Source: Candidatus Omnitrophota bacterium
Lineage (GTDB): Bacteria; Omnitrophota; Gorgyraeia; Gygaellales; Profunditerraquicolaceae
Direction: 5' to 3'
DNA: 64,000 bases
Assembly (NCBI GenBank): GCA_030018895.1
Contig: JASEHM010000001.1
Span: 2,199 to 66,198, forward strand
This document shows positions 15,001 to 27,000 of the stretch, in pieces. The position numbers and the translations under genes are program-made. Under the pieces are notes generated by a model. The model was not told the origin of the DNA. It searched no databases and saw nothing but the letters and a program-made list of their open reading frames with translations. The stretch's first letter is position 1; each line of letters begins with the position of its first letter.

Positions 15001-18000
15001 AGCTTAGATTTGGCTCTGAATCAGCAGAAAGAGCGGATATTCTTTGTGATACAAGGCAGAGGAGATGAATTAAAGGAGATTTATAAGAAATTAAGTGTCA
15101 GGACTCTTCGCAATGACGCGTTAACATCAAGAAGTAAAATTTTAAAAGCGGCCTTAGAGGCAATAATAAGATTTGAGGTAACAGTTCAGCCCCCGGAAGT
15201 AACCGTGTCATTGCGAGGAGCGGCAGCGACGAAGCAATCTCTGGTTAAAAGAAATAATAATGTAAAAGTGCCGGTAGCATCGCTTCCTTCTTCTCCGGCG
15301 CTACCAGCTGGGGAGAACACAACTACACAGGCAGGGACATTTATGGCAACAGGTGGCTCAGTTCTTACTGGAAACGCGCTTAATGGCACTACGTCAATAT
15401 ATCCTGCTATTCCGTACTCAATAAGCGTTTATCATTTAGGCAATAGAACAACACAGATTCCCATTAATATAGGTTCAGTAACTATACTTGGCCCGCCTTA
15501 TGGTCCTTCGACTGAAATTTACTCAATTTTCAGCCAAGGTTTTAGCATAAATGGGCAATCGAATCAACTATTTGGCGCACTTGTAACAGTTTGTTCAAGT
15601 AGCATGGCTTTAGATAATACTAAAACCGTAGGTTCTGGAGTTGCAAGCAGGGAAAGCAACAATACAGAAGATGCCCAAAGTGTAATCGCAGGTTCTGTAA
15701 ACGGAACTGGTGATGCTAGTAGTGCGATTATTAGAAAGGTACCAGGATTAAGATTACCTGAACCTTTAAGCAGGTTACCAAAGTGGCTTAATATTACGAT
15801 AGCGCCTCTTGGATATTCCTCATGTACTACGGGTTCGCCTAAAAAAGGCGCATCAGGTGTGCTTGGCAAGTTTTTGTTGTCTGAAGTTTTTTCTTTGGGT
15901 AAAAAGGACGAAGTTAGTGGTGCCGGAAGTGCGATTGCTGCTAAAAAGCAACTAAAGGCTTGGAGTCTACCTAATAGAGCAGATAAAACTTCGGGTCATT
16001 CTTTAAATGTAACCAATTCTTTTTCAAATAGAATTCCTGCAACATGCGGTTCGAATAGTTTCCAAGTTAACGATTTGGGAAATACAGGACGTTTTCTGGG
16101 TATAAACAACATAGAACTGAATTCAGCCGCTAACCATAAGGCACATGGATCAGCTCCTCCTTGGAATGTATTTAATTCTCTGCCCAATAAAATTTCCGCA
16201 TTATTATTTGCAAAATTCAACAATCGCCCCTTTAATCGCATCCTTAATATAAGCACCGGCATTCCATTAGAAGCGCTAGATTCAATTCTTTTCAATAAAA
16301 ATCTATTCGTAGAAAATAGCGGCACACAGGGTCATAATTACTTTAAAAATTCCGCAAGAAAATCTAACGTAACAGATCAACTTTTGAATGTATCTCGTCA
16401 TTGCGAGGGCAAAGCCCGAAGCAATCTCAAAATAGAGATTGCTTCGCCTTCGGCTCGCAATGACATCAATTATGTTAGTGATACTGTCATTGCCAGGAGC
16501 GACAGCGACGAAGTAATCCTTCTGTATGTCATTCCGAGCGAGGCCGTAAGGCCGAGTCGAGGAATCTATGTTCTTTTTAGATCCCTCGACTCGCTTTGCT
16601 CGCTCGGGATGACAAGACAACTGTCGCTCGCTCGGGATGACAAAGCGCTTCCGAAGGCTGAACTGTTACCTATCGCGGGATTTGCCGCAGGCACTTTTTC
16701 AGGCACTTTCACTGTTTCTGCTGATAATGATTTGAACATTCTGGCGGTAAAGGTAAATGATACTGCTTTGGTTAAGGTGAGCGGCAGCACAATAACCGCC
16801 CAGAAAAGTGTTTTCAAAATAGGGAATGACATTGTCATTGGTCATGTTCTCTCAGCGCAAAACCAGGAAAAAGAAAGTGGTTCCCCGATGGCAAAAGGTA
16901 TACCTGTTGAACCGCTGAACTTGGTTCAAAGAGAGTTAGAACTGCAGGCAGTCCAGATTATAAATTATTTAGCTAAAGTGAAGAAGGTAAATTTTGCCCA
17001 GGCAAAATACAAAATAATAATAGAAGCTTTAATGTCTATATTTGAGATTATTGGCGCAATAGAAAAAATTACTTGTCAAGGCCCTCCTTGGTCTGTCCTT
17101 ATTTTCGTTATTTTAAAAGGTCAGTATAATCAAGGAGGAAAAAATGTTGAAACTAATAGAATTTTAAAATCAGATGAGAACCTTAGAAACTCAATATGCA
17201 ATTCAATATTTGAACCAAATGCGCCAAAATTGTCATCTCTGGGAACAAAAGGAAAGACAGCTCAAAGCTCTCTTAAGCAGATCTCAAACAATGTCAAGGA
17301 AATTAAATATAACTATGGCATAATAGAGTTAAATTTCTTACTCGCTTTCGCCACTGTTTTATTAATCAAGCCGCAAATGCTATTTACCAAAACAGGTATT
17401 TTAGTGTTTGCGGTTTTTGTTGTTTCTAGCAGCCTCCCAGCGACCCCCCTCCTGGGACTGACCTTCGCTACGGAGCTGCTAGAGCAACAAATAATATTTG
17501 GAGGTGCGCTATGTGTCCTATTAAGTTTAATGAATTACAATTTAACCACATTGTTGAATCTGCAACAGGACCCACAGTCTTTGCAGCGGCTCGTGAAAAT
17601 GGCAGCAGACATTTCAGGCTCTTCCTTATTAATGAAGAAACTGGCAGTGTTAGAGTTCGTAATGGCAGTGCTAATACCTGGGAAGAGCTTTGGGGCAGTG
17701 CTCACGACAGTATCATCAACTGTCTTATTGCAAGCCGTAATAGCTGCATCCTCACTTATAGGACTAGAACAGGTTTCTAAGCGGTTTTTTTCTCCGTGGG
17801 TAATTATAGGGATGTCTGGTATTGCTGGTGTTGGCATAGGTTTTGTTTCAGCAAATCCGGTTCTTTTAAATTTCGTAATTGGAATAGTGGCTGGTTGGTT
17901 ACTTATACGAGAAATAAATAAAAATGTATCCCAAAGACATTTACAATCTTATAGAAAAGCTTCAACACCATGGCCTTTCCTAAAAATTGCTGTTCCTCTT

Positions 18001-21000
18001 TTAATGATTTTTTATGCCTGTTCTGACCTTCTTGACGATAAATTTTTGAAAAATAGAGAATTTATAAGAGGTCCAACCGTAGAATTGGTTCTTGATGTTA
18101 ATAAGGATGGAAGAGGAGATATTCGTATATCTTATCCGGAAAAAGATAAAATCTTTTCTAATGATTGGAAAGTACTGAGTGAGGTTCTTAGCGGCATACC
18201 TCCAGAAGATTTACAAAAAATAAAAGTAGTGGAACTTCGTTGGGAGCATGGTTCTTATAATTATCGTCCTGATTATAGCAAGAAAGAAGGAAAAACTCTT
18301 TATCTTACCATACAGAGTCTCAGACATTATGAGTGGGATAATGGTTTGAATATTTCTATTGACGGCAGCCCTAAGGTGGATGCTTTACGAAAACAGATTG
18401 AGGAGTGCCTTAAAACTTCCAGCTCCGTTACCTCAGATAAACGTATCTTGAGCCTGTTTGATCTTGCAAACAACAGACGAAGAGCGCAAGTAATAATCGG
18501 TATCTTAGGTATTACTTTACTTTCTTTCTTAAAAATAGCTCCTTCTGTTGCCGCAGTGCCTGAGGCAGAACAAGTTTTAAGAAACCCACCTGTAGAGATA
18601 TTTTCTCATCATACCTCCACTGTTACGCCTGTTTTTCCATTAGAATCAGCTCAAGAAAAATTTTCTGATGATGAAATACATCAATTCTCTACATTTGAAA
18701 AATTTGAAAAAATAGATGAGTTTGAAAATGTTTTGACCAATTATAGAAGGAAGAATGAAGGGTTTAACAAATTATATAAGGAAATAATTGAAGAAAAAGG
18801 CGTTGAAATTGTCTTCTTAAATAAAGATTTTGGTTTTCCTGCTGAATATAGGGTGTGGGAAAGAGAAAATGGAACAATTTTGTTTGATTTGCCCCAGTTT
18901 AAAAGTGGAGAGGAAATGGTTGTTGCCCTGGCACAAGAGTTATTCCATGCAGAGCAATTTATAGGAATAGCCCAGAAGACAAAATGGATTTCTTTCGTGC
19001 CCTTACGTTTATATTTAAGGGGTTTATTCTTTAGTGTGGAAAATGCATTTTTTGGAAGGGTATTTTTTGAAAAACCCGCCTTTGATTACGCTGAGAAAAT
19101 TAGAAAAGATTTTGGCTTACCCCAGAAAGATAAGTGGGAGGATCTGGAAAGATTTTATCAATTTCAACGACCAATGGATATTGTAAAGCCTTTCGTTGCA
19201 TTATTCCTATTGGTGGCATTAATGGGGCTTGGATATTGTTTTGTATATTACTTTGTAAAGAAAAATAACTTTTCATTAAATACCTTTAAAAAAGTAATAG
19301 TTCAGCTCTTGGAAGCGTCTCGTCGTCATTGCGAGCGACCGAAGGGAGCGAAGCAATCTCAAAAACGTGATTGCTTCGTCGCTGTCGCTCCTCGCAATGA
19401 CAAAATGCTTCCAAGCGCTGAACTGTTACTTAAAAAAGGAAATACCTCCAGCTCCATTACCACAAACTTTATAGAGGAGATAGTAAGGTTTAATGAAGAT
19501 TTGGAGAAAGCTGAAAATATTCCGTATTTAGTAAAGAAAGATTCTTGTTCTGTTGGTTCTCCGATTATGGGTAAGGCGGGCTCTTATTTAAAACACGTCA
19601 TATTTCAACAAAAAGGATATTTAGTAATTCTTGCTTTTGTTGTTGCTTTTGCCGCAGCATATTTGATGTCTATCCCTGCTGGAAGTATAGCTGCTTTATA
19701 TGAGGCGGGGGCTGCTAAACTGATTTTTTTACAAAAATTACAGTTGTTCGGTTTGTTTATGGCTTGTATTACTTTGGCAGTAATTATGCTTCAGTATTCC
19801 TTTACAGCTGTGATAGGAGTTATGAAAATCAAGAAAGGTAAAAATGCAGTATGGAGATATAGCTATAGAGAAATCTTCGGTAAAAAAGATTACCAGGCCT
19901 GGAAATCGCGTCTCAACTATGGAGCGCGTCGTTTGACGTTTGAGTATTTAAAGAATAATTATAAGCCTGTTGAGCATGGCCCGGTTCGGGATATTATAAA
20001 TACATTTAAGAGCTGGAAAGTTTCAGTGATAGTGTTTCTAATAGTTTCACTTGTATTAATTACCGCTCCGGAAGCCGTACTAGGATTAGCGGTTTTTGTA
20101 AATGCTCTGATTGTTACCTTACTTTTTCGGATATTACTAAATGCTACGATTTGGTTCTTCTATGATTCCTTCCCGCGCCGTACTGCATTAGTTGACCTGG
20201 CATATGCGTATTATAAAAAAGATCTATCAGGTGTTGCCAATAAGTTTATAGTAATAGATGAGAATAATCCTGATGGCCGAGCAATAATCTTGACAGACAT
20301 TGAAAAAGAAGCAGATAAATTCAAAGCTGAACTTAGAATCGGGAGCAAAGGTTACCGTAGGCAGCTTTTTGTTACCCGGTTAATAGAAATGGCTCCGCTT
20401 GAATCAGCAGGGCTCAAGTTTGTGAAAAGCAGGATGACAATTATCCTGCTTAGCGCGATCATTGTCCCTGCGCTTATGCTGAAGTTTATGCCGGGAATGA
20501 GCAGCGAATCATTCCTTTCGGAAGGATGGCTGCAAAACTTCTTTATAAAGTATCACTTTCCTCATACCTGGAGCGAGCTTATGCATACGGCGTTCCTTGT
20601 ATACGGGTTCAGGTACTTTGATTTAAAAAGAATAGCTATGATGATCTGGTCAGCAATGCTGAATAAAGTCTTTCCGGGTATGCCTATTGATATAAGCGCG
20701 GCTTATGATTTATATAAAAGGAAAAATAATGATAAAAACGTGAAGAAGTATCTTAAGCTTGCGCTTGAAAGAGGACTTTTAAACTCCTGGGGCAGAAAGA
20801 ATTTGAAAACGATATTGCGCAGTGAAATGGAAATGAACAAAGTTGTATTTGAAAAAGTAGGTAAGTTTGAGCTTGGATGGTGGGTAATCTCTCGCCTAGT
20901 GGCAATTATCATTACAGCGTTTGTATTTATACCCTTGATCCCTGTTTTTGTCGTTTTTTATCCTTACGTTGCAGGAAAGAGAAAACAGGGAGTAAGAGTT

Positions 21001-24000
21001 AACCCGTTGATTAAACTTGCGGCTCAAGAAGGAAAGCAATTCTGGGCAAGCCTTGTTTATATGTCAACGATAAGCGCGGAAATAAGCGCAGTTATAAGCG
21101 GAACAGATTGGTTGGCTACGCATGCGCATCCGATTTTAAAGCCGTTTGGTTTTATAGCCCAGAAATTTGCCTATGCTTTGGAAAGTGAGTATGGCATTAT
21201 ATCTCTCGGCCAATATGCAAACTTAACCTTTACCGGTATGACGAATATTGACCTTACTAATGTGGCATATCACTGCATGGGAGGAAAAGGAGATTTTCAG
21301 GCAAATTATGAAATTAATGCGGCTTTTGGCTTAATCCAAGAAACAAAGATAAAGGAAGAAGCAAGAAGAATTGTAAAAGAAATATCGGAATTAGAGGCTG
21401 AAAAAGAGCTAAAGTTTAGCCAGCAATATAGGCTTGAGGAATTAAGGCATAAGCTAAAAGATATATTTGCTTTGGCTAAGGCTAAACAATTAGAGGAGGA
21501 GGTAAAGAGGCTCAATGACTCAGCTAAACCCAGACAAGGGAAGACGTTTGCTGATGTGGAGGAAAGGTTTAATGAGTTAAAAGGGCAGGGATTTCCTGGG
21601 TTTGATCCTGTTAATGGGGATGAGCCCTGGGTTAAAGAGGTTAAGGGATATTTAGGGCAATGTAATTCTCAGCAACTCCAAATTTTAGAATCTTTAATCA
21701 AATCAGGCAAATTAAGAGCTGGGCCTGATGAAAAGTCAGTTTTTTACGGTGCTAATAATGGCGAAATTATTCTTATTGACATCAATAACAATCCTGATTT
21801 AGCCGCAACTTTAATATACGAACTTAATGCCTTCCAAGGTGGCACTCCTGAAGAAAATCAAAAGGTAGAAAGAGAATTTGAGATTGCTTCGCTCACCAAG
21901 GACGCTCGCAATGACGAAAAGAAAGCGGACGTTCGCAATGACGAGGGGGCGCAAAATGCGGACGCTTGCAATGACGTGGGGGCACAAAATGCGGTCGCTT
22001 GCGATGACGAAAAAAAAGTTGACACTTGCAATGACGAAAAGGCGCAAAATGCGGTCGCTCGCAATGACGAGGCGTCTCTATCAGGCATTAATTGGCAGAT
22101 GCCTATACAAGGATTTGACCCTAAAAATATACTGTCTGAAGATGAATTTAACGCTCCTCGCTCTGGGGGTAATGGCCATGAAGGCCTTGATTTCCGTGCT
22201 TCTGAGGGCACACCTATTCACGTAGCTGAACAGGGGATAGTTTTTTATGCAGGAGAAGGGAATGGTTATGGAAAGGTAGTTATTATTAATCACAATAATG
22301 GCTATTTTACTTTATATGCCCATAATCAAGAAAATCTGGTTAAAATAGGTGATAAGGTAGAAAAAGGCCAGAAAATTGGCCTGGTAGGTAAGAGTGGTAA
22401 TGCTGAGCAAATTGGAGAAATGTTGCATTTTGAGATACGGCAGGTGGCTAAAGAAGGAATTATTAAGGAATATTCAGATTTGGTTGCTTCGGAGAATGAA
22501 GAAAATGGTACAGTTAAAATTTTAGATCCTGCAAAAGAATTAGAAGCCCTATCAGAGAAGCCGCAATTAATGGTGGATATGATGATGTTTTCGGGGAATA
22601 GTTATCAGCATTCTTTTTTAAATATACCAGTAGATGAATATCTTGTTAATAGTTATCTTTTGGGTGTTGAAGAAGAATATTCAGACTTAGTTGCAAAAGA
22701 GAATGAAGATAATAACACAGTTAAAATCCTGAATCCTGCAGAGAAACTTAGCGGACAAGATCCAGATAATGCCTATTTTGGCTGGTCCCATGAAGAAGTA
22801 AATAGAGAGATGAGTAAATATGCAAGGGAAAATGCGATAAGAGAGCCTAATTTTGAAGAGAAGAGGTTGATTGAGTCGGCTTTAGGCAAGGCTTTAAGAT
22901 ATTTTAGCAAGACTAATTTGGGCAGGAACCCGCCAGGGGTTAAGATTATTGAGACAGAAAAATTAACCTTTGGCGCAACTTATGGTGAATACAATCAAAC
23001 CACTTCTCAAAATAGCCTCCTCTATATAGAAAAGCCGCTTATTAACAGTCCTAAATATAATCTTGCCTGCGTATTTATCCATGAACTTAATGGAAAATCT
23101 CATTTCTTAAACTGCTTAGCAGAGTATGATTTTAAATTAAGACAGATTGGAGCAGAATTTAGCTTACAGGTAAGTTTATCTCTTGATTCTCTGGCTAAGA
23201 ATTACCAGGAAACAAAAGCCAACTTTAGCAGAAATACCAAAAACACCATTATTGCCACTGCTCTCTTAGCCAGTCAAATTATCTCTCAGTTTTCAGCTTT
23301 TGCTATTCCTGCTGTAGAAGCCGCCCCTTCCGCAGTACACAGGGTGGTCACCCCAGAAACTTATACTGTTCGGAAAGGCGATACATTATGGAGACTTTTT
23401 AAGGAAAAATGGAATGATATTTATCAGTTGAATCCTCAGATTCAGGGCCGCAAAGGCGAGAAAATAGACCCTGCATATCCTGATACTAAGCAAATAGTAA
23501 TTATCTATCCAGGGGAGAACATTAAGATACGCGGGGAACAGGAACAGGTTAAAGCATCTATAGATAAGACTAAGATAGACAGGGAAGAGGTTAAAGTATC
23601 TACAAAAGATAAGACTGAGACAGACAAGAAACAAGTTTCAGAAGTAAATCAGGGTGTCATTCCCACCCCTGTTTTCACGGGGGTAAACTCCAGCGGGAAT
23701 TCAAGAGGGGATGACAGAATGGATGCCCGTTTTCACGGGCATGACAAAAACAAGAGGCGAGAACTTCAGAAAGCTGAACTGTTACAGATAAAAGGAATTA
23801 GACAGGAAGGAATCAGCCCAACCTGTGCGCTTGAACAGGTTTTTGGCCAGGGTTATCAGAATTGTCAGCAAGAATTGGAAAAGAGATTTAATACCTTGGT
23901 TAAAGAATCAGGGGTTGAAGAAAAAGGGATAAAATACCATGAAGAAGGCCTGACTTTGGAGGATTTGAAGGAGAAATATTTAGAAGGTAAGCGCTGGAAA

Positions 24001-27000
24001 GAGGCAATCAAAAAATTATATGATAATAAAGAGGGGTTATTCGCAGTTTTGGTTTCTATGCAAAAAGGGGAGAGATGGCAGATAATGAAGAGTTTTGGAA
24101 CACATATTGATTTCCGTGAATTCGTGGATAATCCTAATCTTAAGGTTTCTGTATATGAATATCCGGCTTTAGGTGAGAGAGGCAATGAATTTGAAAGAGG
24201 GAGAAAATTAAATGCAGCAGAGGTTCGTGAGATTGAAAAAGACGGCATTCCTAAGATGGTTTTTGTCAAAGGCCAGGATGAGCAAGGCAAAGAATTTGAA
24301 TATCTTTTAATGACAGGTATTAATGCGGCTTTAGCAGTAAAGGAAATAAAGGAATCCTATGTTTTTAGCCGGAACTTGTTATTAAAGGCAACTAAGATAT
24401 TAAGTATGAATAATCCTGCAGAACAATTTGAGGCAATTAAAAAGAGCGGGTTATCGATTCTTAATATGCCCTCTAAGGTTTCTTCTCGCGCGTTTATGGC
24501 CGTAGAGGCAGAAAAGGATCAATACGGTAATTATAAAGGCATCAGGCGTTTTTATACTGAGGATGAAATGCATGCAAAGAGTAATCCGCAAGAAGGCGAA
24601 AGCATGGTTCTTTATGAGGGAAGAAATAAGGCGGGTGTTGCCAGGGCTTATGTTTATGAAGGGAGTAGCGGAAAATTAAGGCATAAACTTGTGGCTGGCC
24701 AGGCTGATGTAACTGTGTTAGTTGTAGACGGTACATTCAAGGATAAGCCGCAATTAGGCAATCAGATATTATTTGGCCGTAATCAAGCTGAATATAATGT
24801 GGCTTTAGCAGGTATGGGGCTTATTTTAAGCCAGTATCAGGAGAAAAATATCAGCTTGGCGCAGGAAAAAATCAAAAAGGATAAAACACTAGAGGGTGTT
24901 TTGGCAATAACTAATATCGTAGGCGGCGCATATGGCTGGGCACCTGCAAACATAGTAACTGGCGCAGGCAGGTTCCTGTATAATCTTTTTGTCAGCCGTG
25001 AATATCAGCCTCAGGCGCCAACAGTCTTAGAGCTTCAGGAATTAGTGGGAAATTATCTTAAGGAAAATTATCCTCAGGAAGATATCCAGGGTTTCTTAGG
25101 TAAGGTTAATGAGAAGGAAATTGAAGGGCTCCTGAGGTATGCTCAAGGCCAGGAGAATTTTGCTAAATACCAGTTATTTTTCAGCCTCCTGGCAGATGCA
25201 GCAAAGGCCGCAGAACTTAGCCGTTCAGGAATCCTTAAAGATATCTTTGCTAATCCGTATTTCTCTTTACCTGGGGCAAGTGTAGATGTCAAGAATGTTA
25301 TTGCTTCTGTTGTAGGCGAGAAATCAGTTATCCTGGGCAAAGGATCAAGTCTAAAAGACCTTTCAAGAGGCATAGGCGAGAATTCAAGCTGGATGCAATT
25401 CTTTGGCATAGAAGTAGATGCTGCTGCCTTTATAAATACCTTAAGCGATTTGGCAGGCAGGGATGTCAGCCAGAGGCCGCTTCCTTATCGGCCCAGCCTG
25501 TCTTCTTTGGCTGCTTATGAAATCAGGGCTTTTGGTTTTCCGTTTTTAATATTTGCCAAAGAGAAGATGCTGGAAAAATATGGCCAGGCATTTGAACAGG
25601 CATACGCGTTTAAGGTTAATGCGGGTTTTCCGGATAAATATGAGAGCTATACTATGGATCAACTTGATGGCTTAGTTGAGCAAAGAATAGTAGCGCCTGT
25701 GGGTTATATCAAGGTTCCTGGACCAGACGGGATAGAGCGTGCTTTGCTGCCGGTTTTTGCGCATAAAGACGGCGGCATTATTGTATATGGAGAAGAGGCT
25801 TATAAGGAACAATCTGAAAAGATGAAACGGGCTTTAGAGAGATTTGATCGTTATGCAAAAGGCCTGGACCAGGGTATGGTAATTACTAAAATTGAAAAAT
25901 CCATTCAGCCGATGTCCTTAGAAAAACGCGAACCGCAGATTAGTTTAGATGTCAAAGATAAGGAGCAGGCAATAAACTTACTAAAGTTGTTTTTAGAATT
26001 AAGGGATTTAGAGAGTGAAAAGAATATAACTTCCGAGGATAAGCAGAGGTTGAATGAAATAAAGGTAAAATTAGGCAATAAAAAACTTATTGATTATGAT
26101 ACGGAATTTTTTAGCAATTTCCGTTATCAGGATGAAGAAGGAAATGAAATAAGGGTAAGCATTATCTATTCCCTTCAAGAGTCAATCAGGGATCAGGAAA
26201 GGGCGAAAGAGAATCTAGAAGTGATAAACAATATTGGCAGAATGTTTAAAGAAGATGGCGGTGTTCTGCTTAATCAGGCTATAGTAAACAGTAGGGGTGA
26301 GTTAAAAATCGGCCCGCTTTTAAGAGACAGCCAGGATAAGATATCAGGCGTAAACATCGGCAAGGAGAGTTTAGAAGGGATTTTAGCTAAGATAGCTGAA
26401 TTGCCTAATAAAGAACAGGCGCAGATTCAATTTAATAATTTTAATCGGTTTATTCTTAATTTAAAAATAGGCGGCAAAGAGGAAAAGGTTTTTGTAACAG
26501 CAGTATTTCCTTTAGATAAAGAGATACGAAGCAGGTCTATTAATCCCCACAGCGGCAAAGAAGAGGTTAATATTTATAAAGAAGGTTTAAAGAGATATAC
26601 CATAGATAGGACGCGTATTACAGCCTATTTGTATAATCAATACCGTATAGAGGCTGAAACTAAACTATTTAAGAATCCTTTAGGAGTTAATTGGCAGGAG
26701 AAGGTATTAAAAGAGAATATTCCTATTGAGCCGTTAATAGAAAATCAATTAAGCATTGGCCGGACAGTAACTACAGAGTATTGGCTTAGAGATTTAGGCC
26801 TTGCGAATATTAATCCTGATGCTCCGATAATTGCTAAATTATCCGGTAATTTTAAAATCGGAGAATTTAGCAAGGATATTTATGGCCTATATTTTTATCC
26901 AACAGAGAAAATAGACGGCCGCTATATTACTAAGACAAGGTTTAATGACTATAGCATTATTAGATCTGCTATAGCATTAGACAATAATGGCAGTATACTC

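Noticed and set aside
15178-16669. GTCATTGCGAG...GAAGCAATC hairpins as possible structured ncRNA, riboswitch or tRNA-like genes.
   Set aside because: They are repeated, palindromic at the DNA level, flanked by shared terminal inverted repeats, occur in truncated and solo forms, and are embedded in-frame in a CDS. This is repeat-element behaviour rather than that of a single-copy functional RNA.
21880-22075. Possible CRISPR array (regularly spaced GCTYGCAATGAC repeats).
   Set aside because: The repeats are only about 9-12 bp. The 'spacers' are about 17-25 bp and similar to one another. The array lies inside a coding frame and derives from the palindromic element arm. No cas genes are present.
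21878-22225. 115-aa + strand frame-2 ORF (MRLLRSPRTLAMTKRKRTFAMT…) and overlapping minus-strand ORFs.
   Set aside because: This is an artefact of the tandem repeat array: all six frames are open because the repeat unit lacks stop triplets. The 'protein' is simply a periodic translation of the repeat.
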